The notes below the pieces were generated by a model. It was not told the origin of the DNA, ran no database searches, and saw only the letters and a list, made by a program, of their open reading frames with translations. A program made the position numbers and the translations under genes. DNA of 58,250 nucleotides from assembly GCA_027490985.1 (NCBI GenBank), contig JAIXXC010000228.1, forward strand, positions 1 to 58,250, in the 5' to 3' direction. Source of the stretch: Verrucomicrobiales bacterium. GTDB lineage: Bacteria > Verrucomicrobiota > Verrucomicrobiia > Limisphaerales > UBA9464. How positions within the stretch are numbered: the stretch's first letter is position 1; the number at the start of each line of letters is the position of its first letter. This document shows, piece after piece, positions 19,235 to 31,002 of the stretch.

Positions 19235-19993
19235 ATGGCCACCGCAGCCCAGAGCGCCCCCAAGGATCCGACGCCGCTCCTGTCGGTCGACGGACTGGCC
19301 AAGGCCTACTCGGGCCGCCGGGTGGTCGACGGCGTGTCGATCCACGTCGGAGCCGGCGAGATCGTCGGCCTGCTCGGCCCCAACGGCGCGGGCAAGACCA
19401 CGTCATTCAACATGACCGTGGGTCTGGTCCGACCCGACGCCGGTTCGGTGAAGTTCCTCGGCACCGACATCACCCGGCTGCCGATGCATCGCCGGGCGCG
19501 CCTGGGCATCGGGTATCTCACCCAGGAGCCGAGCGTGTTCCGCAAGCTCACCGTCGAGCAGAACATCCTGGCCATCCTCGAGACCTGCGAGGGGTCGGCC
19601 GCCGATCGGCGATCCCGATTGGCCCACCTCCTCGACGAATTGGATCTGGCGCGACTGGCCAAGAGCTACGCCTACCAGCTGAGCGGCGGTGAGAAACGTC
19701 GACTGGAGATCACCCGGGCGCTGGTGACCTCGCCCCGCCTGCTGCTGCTCGACGAACCCTTCGCGGGCATCGACCCGATCGCCGTGTACGAGGTGCAGAA
19801 GATCGTCCGGCGTCTGCGCGAGCGGGGGTTGGGCATCCTCATCACCGACCACAACGTGCGCGAGACGCTCCGGCTGGTCGATCGGGCCTACGTCATCCAT
19901 CAAGGCCGGGTCCTGGTCGAGGGCACGGCCGAGTTCCTCGTCAACGATCCCAAGGCCCGGGACATCTACCTCGGGCCCGACTTCAACATGTGA
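19235..19993 (+). CDS. lptB: LPS export ABC transporter ATPase
   Basis: GLLGPNGAGKTT, LPMHRRARLGIGYLTQEPSVFRKLTV, LSGGEKRRLEI, LDEPFAGIDP, ITDHNVRETL, IYLG. Confidence 0.96.
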   Translation: MATAAQSAPKDPTPLLSVDGLAKAYSGRRVVDGVSIHVGAGEIVGLLGPNGAGKTTSFNMTVGLVRPDAGSVKFLGTDITRLPMHRRARLGIGYLTQEPSVFRKLTVEQNILAILETCEGSAADRRSRLAHLLDELDLARLAKSYAYQLSGGEKRRLEITRALVTSPRLLLLDEPFAGIDPIAVYEVQKIVRRLRERGLGILITDHNVRETLRLVDRAYVIHQGRVLVEGTAEFLVNDPKARDIYLGPDFNM

Positions 19994-20013
19994 CATCCCG
20001 CAGGTCCCAGCCC

Positions 20014-20955
20014 ATGAAACCGTCCAACGTCACCGTCGAGAAATTCTACACCGACCACGCCGGACCCCTCGGGCTGAACCTGCTCACCGGGGGCAACTCG
20101 CTCGACCGGCTCATCCAGGAGCCCACGGTGAACCGCCCCGGCCTGGCGCTGGCCGGATTCCGCCGCTACTTCGCCAACAAACGGGTGCAGGTGCTCGGGG
20201 CGGTCGAGACTTCCTACCTGCGTTCCATCGAGCCCGACCTGCGTCGCCAGCGTTACAACGAGCTCTTCCGCTACAAGATCCCCTGCGTGGTGCTCTGCCG
20301 GGGCATCCGCCCGGAGCCGGAATTCCTGGCCGCGGCCGACGACCGCGGAGTGCCGGTGTTCCAGACCGAACTGGTGACCATGAAGTTCATCAGTCAGGCC
20401 ACGTTGGCCCTGGAGCAGTTGTTCGCCCCGCGGACGCAGATCCACGGCTGCATGGTCGATATCCAGGGCATCGGCGTGATCATCCAGGGCGAGAGCGGGA
20501 TCGGCAAAAGCGAGGCCGTGCTCGGGCTGCTGGAGCGGGGTCACAGCCTGGTCTGCGACGACATCGTCTGCCTCACCCTGGCCGACGGCAAAGAGCTCTT
20601 CGGCACCGGCAAGACCATCACCCGCAACCTCATGGAGGTGCGGGGCATCGGCATCATCGATGTCGCCGCCCTGTTCGGCGTCGCCGCCATCCGCGCCGAG
20701 AAGCGCGTGGATCTGGCGGTGACCCTGAAGGCCTGGGAAAAGGCCGGGGAGATCGACCGCCTGGGGCTGGATCAGGGACATGCGAACTTCCTCGGGATCG
20801 ACATTCCGCACATGGACCTGCCCGTGCGCCCCGGTCGCGACATCGCCCGGGTCGTCGAGGTCGCCGCGCTGCACACCAAGCTCAAGCTCAGCGGCATCAA
20901 CCCGGCCGAAGACCTGCAGCGGCGCCTGATGATGCAGATGAACCCCCGACTGTAG
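20014..20955 (+). CDS. hprK: HPr(Ser) kinase/phosphorylase
   Basis: VNRPGLALAGF, Walker A GESGIGKSE, LVCDD, MEVRGIGIIDV, PVRPGRDIA; alternative GTG start at 19990 overlaps the lptB stop. Confidence 0.95.
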   Translation: MKPSNVTVEKFYTDHAGPLGLNLLTGGNSLDRLIQEPTVNRPGLALAGFRRYFANKRVQVLGAVETSYLRSIEPDLRRQRYNELFRYKIPCVVLCRGIRPEPEFLAAADDRGVPVFQTELVTMKFISQATLALEQLFAPRTQIHGCMVDIQGIGVIIQGESGIGKSEAVLGLLERGHSLVCDDIVCLTLADGKELFGTGKTITRNLMEVRGIGIIDVAALFGVAAIRAEKRVDLAVTLKAWEKAGEIDRLGLDQGHANFLGIDIPHMDLPVRPGRDIARVVEVAALHTKLKLSGINPAEDLQRRLMMQMNPRL

Positions 20956-20981
20956 CCCCCCCCTTCACCCGACCGCGGCCC

Positions 20982-21326
20982 ATGTACGAGTCCCGGACCG
21001 AAACCCCGATCCACAGCCGCCGATTCGTCGGTCGCCTGCTGGTCCATCTCGGCGTGGCTGTCGGTCTGTTGACCCTCTCGCTGGCCGGCGGGATGGCGGG
21101 CTACATGGCCCTCGAAGATCTCCCGGCCATCGACGCCTTCCTCAACGCCTCGATGTTGCTCGGGGGTATGGGCCCGGTGACCCCTCCCAAGACCGAGGCG
21201 GGCAAACTCTTCGCCGGTTGCTACGCGCTCTACGCCGGGCTGGTCTTCATCGTGACGGCCGCGCTGATCTTCACCCCGATCGTGCACCGGGTGCTGCATC
21301 AGTTCCATTGGGACGACGAAGACTGA
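20982..21326 (+). CDS. small 2-TM membrane protein with ion-channel-pore-like layout
   Basis: TM1, then DAFLNASMLLGGMGP, then PKTEAGKLFA, then TM2; resembles the KcsA/Ion_trans_2 arrangement. Confidence 0.65.
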   Translation: MYESRTETPIHSRRFVGRLLVHLGVAVGLLTLSLAGGMAGYMALEDLPAIDAFLNASMLLGGMGPVTPPKTEAGKLFAGCYALYAGLVFIVTAALIFTPIVHRVLHQFHWDDED

Positions 21327-21349
21327 ACCGCCCGGAGTCGGATCCCCCT

Positions 21350-22735
21350 TCAGCCGAGGAACTTCCCGGGGTTCAGGATGCCCGCCGGATCGAGCGAGGC
21401 CTTCACGCGACGGTGCAGGGCATCGGATTCGGGCGAGACGGCGATGGACCACCAGGGTTGCTTGGCCAACCCCACGCCATGCTCGCCCGTGATGCTGCCG
21501 CCGAGGGCCACGACGCCCTGGAACAACTCATCCAGGGCCCGATCGCTGGCCGCACGCTGCGCCGGCACGGTCTCGTCGAGCATCAGGTTCACGTGGATGT
21601 TGCCGTCTCCGGCATGACCGAAACAGGCCACCCGGATGCCGTGTTTTTTCTGGAGCGAGGCACCGAGCCGGAACAGGGCCTCGAGGGATCCGCGCGGCAC
21701 CACGACATCTTCATTGAGCTTGGTGAGCCCGGTGTCGCGCAGCGAGTAGCTGAACTCCCGGCGCAGCTTCCAGAAACGTTCACACCCTTCAGGCCCCAAG
21801 CCCTTCTGGATGAAGGTCGGCTTGAAGTCGGCGAGCAGCCGACTCAGCTCGGTGATCTCGGACCGGACCGCCCGCTCGCGGCCGTCGAGTTCCACGATCA
21901 TCAGGGCTCCCGCGCCCCGGAGCAGTTTGGAACCGGTGCGGCGACGGGCCGCATCGACGGTGAAGCCGTCGGCCAACTCCAGGGCGCTCGGAATGAATCG
22001 GGCGGCGAACAGGGCGCGGATCGCCCGCGCAGCCGTTTTCATGTCGGGGAACCCCACCCCGACACAGGCCCGATAGGCCGGGAGCGGCAGCAATTTCAGC
22101 GTCGCCTCGGTGACCACTCCGAGCATGCCTTCGCTGCCCACGAACAGACGGTGCAAATCGAACCCGGTCTTGTTCTTGTGGGTCCGACCGCCCAAGCGGG
22201 TCACCGTTCCATCGGCCAGCACGACCTGGAGGGCCATCACATAATCGCGAGTCACCCCGTATTTCAGACAGCGCGGCCCTCCGGCGTTGGTGGCGATGTT
22301 GCCCCCGATGGAGCAGTCGGCCCGACTGGCGGGATCCGGCGGATAGTAGAGTCCCTGACGTTCAACGGCCTCCTGCAAGGCCGCGGTCCGCACACCGGGC
22401 TGGACGACCGTCACGAAATCCACCGGACTGATCTCCAGGATCCGGTTCATCCCGGCCACCGAAAGCGCAATCCCCCCCTGAACCGGAACGCACCCGCCGA
22501 CATAACCGTGGCCGGCACCGCGAGGGGTGACCGGGATCCGGTGCCGGGAGGCGAAGGCCAGGATGCGCGAGACCGATTCCACCGACCCGGGCAGCGCGAC
22601 CGCCTCGGGCAGGTGGGAGGCGAACCACTTGTCGCCCGCATGGGCGGCCAGGGTTTCAGGCGTGAAAACCAGTTCTCCGGGCGGCAATTGCCGCGCCAGA
22701 CGACCAAGAAGAGACCGTCGCGTCACGCCCGTCAT
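21350..22735 (-). CDS. FAD-linked oxidase (GlcD/D-lactate dehydrogenase family)
   Basis: PRGAGHGYVGG, YPPDPAS, IGGNIATNAGGPRCLKYGVTR, GSEGMLG, FGHAGDGNIH, GEHGVG, ILNPGK; exact start uncertain. Confidence 0.92.
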   Translation of the reverse strand: MTGVTRRSLLGRLARQLPPGELVFTPETLAAHAGDKWFASHLPEAVALPGSVESVSRILAFASRHRIPVTPRGAGHGYVGGCVPVQGGIALSVAGMNRILEISPVDFVTVVQPGVRTAALQEAVERQGLYYPPDPASRADCSIGGNIATNAGGPRCLKYGVTRDYVMALQVVLADGTVTRLGGRTHKNKTGFDLHRLFVGSEGMLGVVTEATLKLLPLPAYRACVGVGFPDMKTAARAIRALFAARFIPSALELADGFTVDAARRRTGSKLLRGAGALMIVELDGRERAVRSEITELSRLLADFKPTFIQKGLGPEGCERFWKLRREFSYSLRDTGLTKLNEDVVVPRGSLEALFRLGASLQKKHGIRVACFGHAGDGNIHVNLMLDETVPAQRAASDRALDELFQGVVALGGSITGEHGVGLAKQPWWSIAVSPESDALHRRVKASLDPAGILNPGKFLG

Positions 22736-22826
22736 CCTGCGCGCCGGGGCCCACGGAGGAAACATCGAAAGGCCTCCGCGGTTTGCTCTTCCCGAGACCG
22801 CAGCGGCAATGGCGCGATCCCATGGG

Positions 22827-23426
22827 CTACTGGGCGCCCAACTCCTTCACCCGGATCCGGCGGTATTCCATCTGACCGCGATCGGCCTCCAGACCGATGG
22901 GGCCCGTCTCGGGCAACTTGAGCGCGGCCTCCAGCACTTCGCCATTGCAGGTGCAGTGGGCCACGTTGTCCTTCACCACCACCTCGATCAGGTTCCAGTC
23001 CTGCGGCTTGTACTTCTTGAGGGCCTTGTACGGCCCCGCCACCAGATAATCGCGGCACTGCAACTGCGGCCCGCGCAAAAAGATCCCGCTGTCGGCATTC
23101 ACCGAGGCCCGGAATTCGAGCCTCAGGATGAAGTCTTTGGGGAATTCCCGTTGCGTCCACAACTGGCGCAAGTGCGGCCCCTTCGACGGCGCGTAGTCGT
23201 TGACCACGATCTGACCGTCCTTGGCCGTGTAGCGCCCATCACTGGCCTCGATCTTGCCGTCGAAGTTCTCGGCGGGCTTGTACTTCCAGCCGGTCAGGTC
23301 CTTGCCCGGGACCAAGGAGACGAATCCCGGCTCCATCTGGAACGACTCGGCCCGCCCCGCGCCGACGCACAGGGCCAGGACCAAAGCCAGACAAGGACCG
23401 GAAAGAAGGAAACGATGGGGATGCAT
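22827..23426 (-). CDS. DUF1080 (3-keto-disaccharide hydrolase-like) exported protein
   Basis: GKDLTGW, DFILRLEF, ADSGIFLRG, WNLIEV, GPIGLE, EYRRIRVKEL; signal peptide. Confidence 0.85.
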   Translation of the reverse strand: MHPHRFLLSGPCLALVLALCVGAGRAESFQMEPGFVSLVPGKDLTGWKYKPAENFDGKIEASDGRYTAKDGQIVVNDYAPSKGPHLRQLWTQREFPKDFILRLEFRASVNADSGIFLRGPQLQCRDYLVAGPYKALKKYKPQDWNLIEVVVKDNVAHCTCNGEVLEAALKLPETGPIGLEADRGQMEYRRIRVKELGAQ

Positions 23427-23489
23427 GGAGGTAGATCCGGATCGCACCAAGCCCCACTCGGCTTGTCAACGGAAGCCCCCTCCGATCGT

Positions 23490-24353
23490 TCAAAAACGCC
23501 ACGAAATACCCAGGAACGGATTGTAGTCGGGGGCCGATGCGGTCACCCCGAAATTGCAGCCGGCGTCCAATTGGATGTCTTCGGTGAGCAGGTAGGTGAG
23601 TCCGCAATCCACCAACCCCTGCCAGGGGGAATCCGATTCGAAGGGGTGGATGGTGAAGAACTCCACATAACCCGAAAGCCCGCCCACGATGGAATGACCC
23701 ACCACCACCGAATTGACCGACTCCAGATGATGCCCCGAACGCCCATCATTGCGCAGGCAATCCAATCGGGTTTGCAACCCCAGGTCGAATTCCCCGGGCA
23801 ATCGCAGGGCCAACGGCAGCAGCAGGCCTCCCTCCACGGAACCATTGCCGACGGTCCGACCGGCGGTGGGCACCTTCACATAGGGAATCACCCCGAAAGC
23901 CGACGCCCCCGAATCGTTGCCCCAGAAGTTCTTCTTGAAGCGAATGGTCAGGTCGCCCAGGCCCGACGCCCGATCCGTGAGGCCGGCGGCGCGATCCTCG
24001 ACCCGGGTTCGCACATAACTGTCGAGAATCAGGTGGAGATCCAGCGATGGCAGGAGTCCGGTCTTCAGATTGACCGAGGCCAGCTTGGTCATCTCGGAGT
24101 CGACCCCGGATGCATCGGTGTCATGCGTCCAGGTCGCGATGTCCGACTCCACCTGAAAATGCCCGGCATCCACCGTGTAGGGGCCTTCGGTGAGACTCGG
24201 ACGATCGGTGATGAGCGGACGCATGGCATCACGAGGCACCGGATTGAGTAGATGATACTGACTCTTGTCCGTCTCCGACGCGGTGATCCCACCGTGACCG
24301 CAGAGGCATATCGCCCAAGCCGAATGCAGGAATAGTTCTCTGAATGACCTCAC
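23490..24353 (-). CDS. outer-membrane beta-barrel channel (Phenol_MetA_deg / COG4313-like)
   Basis: TDRPSLTEGPYTVDAGHFQVE motif, GLGDLTIRFK, C-terminal FLGISWRF beta-signal. Confidence 0.8.
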   Translation of the reverse strand: MRSFRELFLHSAWAICLCGHGGITASETDKSQYHLLNPVPRDAMRPLITDRPSLTEGPYTVDAGHFQVESDIATWTHDTDASGVDSEMTKLASVNLKTGLLPSLDLHLILDSYVRTRVEDRAAGLTDRASGLGDLTIRFKKNFWGNDSGASAFGVIPYVKVPTAGRTVGNGSVEGGLLLPLALRLPGEFDLGLQTRLDCLRNDGRSGHHLESVNSVVVGHSIVGGLSGYVEFFTIHPFESDSPWQGLVDCGLTYLLTEDIQLDAGCNFGVTASAPDYNPFLGISWRF

Positions 24354-24598
24354 GTCGCGAGGCTAACCAAAGGCAGTATTTTGAAAACGGTTTGTTGTTT
24401 TTACATTTTCACACCCTTTTTTGCATCACCCCCCCGTCTCACCGTCGCTCCATCGGTTCATAGCCTGTCCCTCGCGGATTGGGCCGGGTTCTGACCTTCC
24501 ATCAAGCCGCCCGACCTGACCGACCCTCCGCGGCTTGAAACAGGGGGATCGCCTTTGATCTTCCTCCCATCTGCCGGTTGCCCCAAAATGGACCCGCC

Positions 24599-25699
24599 AT
24601 GGGCAACACGTTTGGACACCTTTTCCGCATCACCACCTGGGGCGAATCGCACGGCGGCGGCGTGGGCGTGGTCGTCGACGGTTGCCCGCCCCGGTTGCCG
24701 CTGACCGAAGCCGACATCCAACCCGACCTGGACCGCCGCCGCCCGGGGCAATCGTCGATCGTCACCCCGCGCAAGGAGACCGACACGGTCAAGATCCTGT
24801 CCGGAACCTTCGAAGGCCTCACGCTCGGGACCCCGATCTCGATGTGGGTCAAGAACGAGGACTTCCGCTCCGAGGCCTACAACGAAATGGCCGAGAAGTT
24901 CCGCCCCTCCCACGCGGATTACACCTACCACGTCAAATACGGGCATCGTGCCTGGCCGGGCGGCGGACGGACTTCGGCCCGCGAGACCATCGGACGCGTG
25001 GCCGCCGGAGCGATCGCCAAGAAACTCCTCAAGGAATTCTGGGGGGTCGAGGTGCTGGCCTGCGTGACCCAGGTGCAGCACCTGAAGGCGACGGTCGATC
25101 CTGAAACGCTCACTGCGGAGGCCATCGAGTCCAACATCCTGCGCTGTCCCGATACCACGGCCGCGCCGGCGATGATCCAACTCATCGAAGAACGCCGCAG
25201 TCAGGGCGACAGCGTGGGCGGCATCGTCCTCGGTGTGGCCAAGAACGTGCCGGTGGGCTGGGGAGACCCGGTGTTCGATCGACTCGAGGCCGATCTGGCC
25301 AAGGGGATGATGTCCCTTCCCGCGACGAAGGGCTTCGAGATCGGATCCGGATTCGACGGAGTGTTGCTCACCGGACTGCAGCACAACGACGCTTTCCGGA
25401 ATGTCGACGGCAAGATCGTGACCACCTCGAACCGATCCGGAGGCATCCAAGGGGGCATCTCCAACGGGGCCACCCTCCACTTCCGCGTGGCCTTCAAGCC
25501 CGTGGCCACCGTGATGCACGAGCAGGACACCGTGGACATCCATCTTCAGAACACCACGTTGCGCGGGCGCGGGCGTCACGATCCGTGCGTGCTGCCCCGA
25601 GCCGTGCCGATGGTCGAGGCCATGACCGCCCTGACCCTCATCGACCACGCGCTCCGGCACGAGGCCCAGTGCGGCCACCGCGAACGCTGGGCCTCCTGA
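24599..25699 (+). CDS. aroC: chorismate synthase
   Basis: [57 protein letters not shown]. Confidence 0.98.
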   Translation: MGNTFGHLFRITTWGESHGGGVGVVVDGCPPRLPLTEADIQPDLDRRRPGQSSIVTPRKETDTVKILSGTFEGLTLGTPISMWVKNEDFRSEAYNEMAEKFRPSHADYTYHVKYGHRAWPGGGRTSARETIGRVAAGAIAKKLLKEFWGVEVLACVTQVQHLKATVDPETLTAEAIESNILRCPDTTAAPAMIQLIEERRSQGDSVGGIVLGVAKNVPVGWGDPVFDRLEADLAKGMMSLPATKGFEIGSGFDGVLLTGLQHNDAFRNVDGKIVTTSNRSGGIQGGISNGATLHFRVAFKPVATVMHEQDTVDIHLQNTTLRGRGRHDPCVLPRAVPMVEAMTALTLIDHALRHEAQCGHRERWAS

Positions 25700-25822
25700 G
25701 CCGACCGAAGGGTCCCCAAGGTCGGAACGCCACCGGGCTGCGGCCACCGGGCGATCCGACTTCCGCGCTCACGCCGCCGAAAAAGACTGTCGCATCGTCG
25801 GGACTGCGGTTGACTTGCGGGC

Positions 25823-27364
25823 ATGTCCCTCTCGCTGCCCGGTTTCCGCCGATCCGCCTTGGCCACGATCCTCACGACAGCCTCCACCCTGGGGCTCGGA
25901 TGGGGCCTCACCGCCTGGGGAGCCGACCCCAAACCCAGCCCCAAACCTTCGGGCGCCCAGGTCGACGGCGCTTTCCACAAGGTGATCCTCGACACCGACC
26001 GCGATCAGGACGGCGATGGCACCCCCGAGGACACCGTGGTCAACCCCATGGAGATCGCCGTGGCCCCGGACGGCCGGGTCTTCTACATCGAACGGGCCGG
26101 CCTGTTGAAGGTGTGGAACCCCACGACGCGCTCCTCGTCCGTCGCCGCGACTCTCAAGGTGTTCACCGAACTCGAGGACGGCCTGCTGGGAATCACGCTC
26201 GATCCGAAATTTCCCAAGAATCCGTGGGTCTACCTGTTCTATTCGGATCCCCAGACCCGAACCAACGACACCCAGCACAAGACCGGCGACAATCGGGTCT
26301 CCCGCTTCACCTTCCGCGACGGAACCCTCGACCTGGCCAGCGAGAAGATCCTGATGCGCATCCCCACCCAGCGCGATCAATGCTGTCATTCGGCCGGATC
26401 CCTGGCCTTCGACGCCGCCGGCAACCTGTATGCCGCCACGGGGGACAACACCCACCCCGGCGAATCCGACGGCTACAGCCCCATCGATGAACGCCCCGGA
26501 CGCGAGCCTTGGAACGCCCAGAAATCGGCCGCCAACGCCAACGACCTGCGTGGCAAGATCCTGCGCATCCATCCCGAGGCCGACGGCACCGCCACGATCC
26601 CGGCCGGCAATCTCTTTGCGCCCGGCACGCCCAAGACCCGGCCCGAGATCTATGTCATGGGCAACCGCAACCCCTTCCGCATCAGCGTCGACAAGGCCAC
26701 CGGACACCTCTACTGGGGCGAGGTAGGCCCGGATGCCGGCGGCCCCAACGACAAACGCGGTCCCGCCGGCTTCGACGAGATCAATCAGGCCCGCGCGGCG
26801 GGCAATTTCGGATGGCCGTTCTTCGCCGGAGACAATCGGCCCTACCACCGCTACGACTTCGAGACGCGCCAACACGGGGAACCCTGGGACCCGGCCCACC
26901 CGATCAACCCCTCGCGCTTGAACACCGGACCGTCGGAACTGCCGCCGGCCCAACCCGCCTTCATCTGGTATCCCTACGGAGCCTCCACCCGTTTCCCGGA
27001 GGTGCGCAACGGAGGCCGGACCGCGTGTGCAGGCCCTGTTTACCGCTACGACGCCGCGTTGTCGTCGGCGCACAAACTGCCCAAGGAATTCGACCGGACG
27101 CTCTTCATCTACGAATGGTCCCGCAACTGGATCCTCGCCGTGCACCTCGACGAGGATCACAAGATCGCCAAAACCCCGGATGGCAAGCTCCGAATGGAGC
27201 GCTTTTGCCCCAACATGACCTTCATGCGCCCCATGGACCTCGAGATCGGAGCCGACGGCTGCCTGTATGTGCTCGAAAACGGCACCGCATGGGTCGGAAA
27301 CAAGGACACGCAACTCGTCCGGATCGAGCACCACCCGGTGGCCGGACAGCCCGGGCAACCGTGA
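25823..27364 (+). CDS. exported PQQ-dependent sugar dehydrogenase-like (GSDH) beta-propeller protein
   Basis: EDGLLGITLDPKF, CCHSAGSLAFD, DLRGKILRI, EIYVMGNRNPFR, DEINQ, GNFGWP. Confidence 0.85.
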   Translation: MSLSLPGFRRSALATILTTASTLGLGWGLTAWGADPKPSPKPSGAQVDGAFHKVILDTDRDQDGDGTPEDTVVNPMEIAVAPDGRVFYIERAGLLKVWNPTTRSSSVAATLKVFTELEDGLLGITLDPKFPKNPWVYLFYSDPQTRTNDTQHKTGDNRVSRFTFRDGTLDLASEKILMRIPTQRDQCCHSAGSLAFDAAGNLYAATGDNTHPGESDGYSPIDERPGREPWNAQKSAANANDLRGKILRIHPEADGTATIPAGNLFAPGTPKTRPEIYVMGNRNPFRISVDKATGHLYWGEVGPDAGGPNDKRGPAGFDEINQARAAGNFGWPFFAGDNRPYHRYDFETRQHGEPWDPAHPINPSRLNTGPSELPPAQPAFIWYPYGASTRFPEVRNGGRTACAGPVYRYDAALSSAHKLPKEFDRTLFIYEWSRNWILAVHLDEDHKIAKTPDGKLRMERFCPNMTFMRPMDLEIGADGCLYVLENGTAWVGNKDTQLVRIEHHPVAGQPGQP

Positions 27365-27412
27365 GTTCGCACCCCGTTTGAACCCCTTCGTCGATTTTTC
27401 TCAAAAAACGTA

Positions 27413-27440
27413 TTGCACGGACAACACCGGTTGCTAAGGT
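27413..27440 (+). promoter_or_regulatory. putative promoter of the str/S10 cluster
   Basis: TTGCAC (27413) - 16 bp - TAAGGT (27435), preceded by an AT-rich UP-like tract TTTTTCTCAAAAAA. Confidence 0.45.
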
Positions 27441-27492
27441 CCGCGCTCCCGTTTCTGTCGCTACTGACGGAGACGATAACCTTTCGGCATCG

Positions 27493-27888
27493 ATGCCTAC
27501 GATTAACCAGCTGGTCCGCAAGGGCCGCACCAAGATCAACTACAAGTCCAAGTCTCCGGCCTTGGAGAACGCGCCCTTCCGTCGTGGCGTTTGCCTGCAG
27601 GTCATGACCCGCACCCCCAAGAAGCCGAACTCCGCCATGCGGAAGGTGGCCAAGGTGCGTTTGACCAACGGCTTTGAAGTGATCGCCTATATCCCTGACG
27701 AGGGCCACAACCTCCAGGAGCACTCGATCGTTCTCGTCCGCGGCGGCCGCGTGAAAGATCTCCCCGGTGTCCGCTACCACATCGTCCGCGGCACCCTCGA
27801 CGCCGCCGGCGTCGAGAAGCGTCGCGTCAGCCGCTCCAAGTACGGCGTCAAGCGCCCGAAGGCCGGTGCCGCTGCCAAGAAGAAGTAA
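27493..27888 (+). CDS. rpsL: 30S ribosomal protein S12
   Basis: [32 protein letters not shown]. Confidence 0.99.
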   Translation: MPTINQLVRKGRTKINYKSKSPALENAPFRRGVCLQVMTRTPKKPNSAMRKVAKVRLTNGFEVIAYIPDEGHNLQEHSIVLVRGGRVKDLPGVRYHIVRGTLDAAGVEKRRVSRSKYGVKRPKAGAAAKKK

Positions 27889-27912
27889 TCCAACTCCGTT
27901 TCCGATCTTTGT

Positions 27913-28386
27913 ATGTCCCGTCGTCGTCAAGCCATCAAGCGTTCCGTCATCGCGGACGCCAAGTATAACAGCGTCCTCGTCGGGCGCCTGGTGAACACCG
28001 TGATGTTCAGCGGCCAGAAGAATGTCGCCCGCCGCATCGTCTACGGAGCCATCGAGGCCCTGGCCGAGAAGACCCCTGGAGTCGATCCCCTGGAGATCGT
28101 CCAGCGCGCCATCGACAACGCCAAGCCGCGCATCGAGACCAAGGCCCGCCGCGTTGGCGGTGCCACCTATCAGGTCCCCATGGAGGTCACCCCGGATCGT
28201 CAAACCTCCCTCGCCATGCGTTGGATCGTGGGTTATGCCGACGACCGCAAGGGCATCCCCATGAAGCAGGCCTTGGCGACCGAGCTGCTCGAGGCCTATC
28301 AGGGTCAGGGCAACGCGATCCGCAAGCGTGACGACGTGCACAAGATGGCCCAGGCCAACAAGGCGTTCGCACACTTCCGCTGGTAA
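27913..28386 (+). CDS. rpsG: 30S ribosomal protein S7
   Basis: RRVGGATYQVP, VHKMAQANKAFAHFRW. Confidence 0.99.
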   Translation: MSRRRQAIKRSVIADAKYNSVLVGRLVNTVMFSGQKNVARRIVYGAIEALAEKTPGVDPLEIVQRAIDNAKPRIETKARRVGGATYQVPMEVTPDRQTSLAMRWIVGYADDRKGIPMKQALATELLEAYQGQGNAIRKRDDVHKMAQANKAFAHFRW

Positions 28387-28401
28387 TCCATTCCTTTATG
28401 T

Positions 28402-28431
28402 GACGCCCCGATGCCGAGTCGGGGCGTTTTT
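28402..28431 (+). terminator. terminator-like hairpin between rpsG and fusA
   Basis: ACGCCCCGA-tgccgag-TCGGGGCGT followed by TTTT. Confidence 0.6.
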
Positions 28432-28461
28432 CATCTCCAAAAACGACGATCTTTCCCATCC

Positions 28462-30648
<2,187 letters not shown>

Positions 30649-30682
30649 TCTCCCTCCACAAAACTCAAACCTGTTCTTTGCA

Positions 30683-30991
30683 ATGGCTGGACAACGTATC
30701 CGTATCCGACTCAAAGCCTACGACCACCGGGTCATTGACGCTTCGGCGAGTGAAATCGTCGAGACCGTCAAGCGCTCCGGCGCCCGTGTCGCTGGCCCAA
30801 TCCCCCTCCCGACCAAGATCGAGCGCCTGACCGTGCTTCGTTCGCCCCACGCGGACAAGAAGTCGCAGGAATCGTTCGAGCAGCGCACCCACAAGCGCCT
30901 GCTGGACATCCTCGATCCCACTGCGAAGACCGTGGACGAGCTCAAGAAGCTCAACCTCCCGGCCGGCGTCGACATCCAAATCAAGATCTAA
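30683..30991 (+). CDS. rpsJ: 30S ribosomal protein S10
   Basis: [33 protein letters not shown]. Confidence 0.99.
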   Translation: MAGQRIRIRLKAYDHRVIDASASEIVETVKRSGARVAGPIPLPTKIERLTVLRSPHADKKSQESFEQRTHKRLLDILDPTAKTVDELKKLNLPAGVDIQIKI

Positions 30992-31002
30992 CTTTCCCAG
31001 CC

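Noticed and set aside
27493-27888. streptomycin-resistance substitutions in rpsL
   Set aside because: The PKKPNSA and RVKDLPG motifs are wild type.
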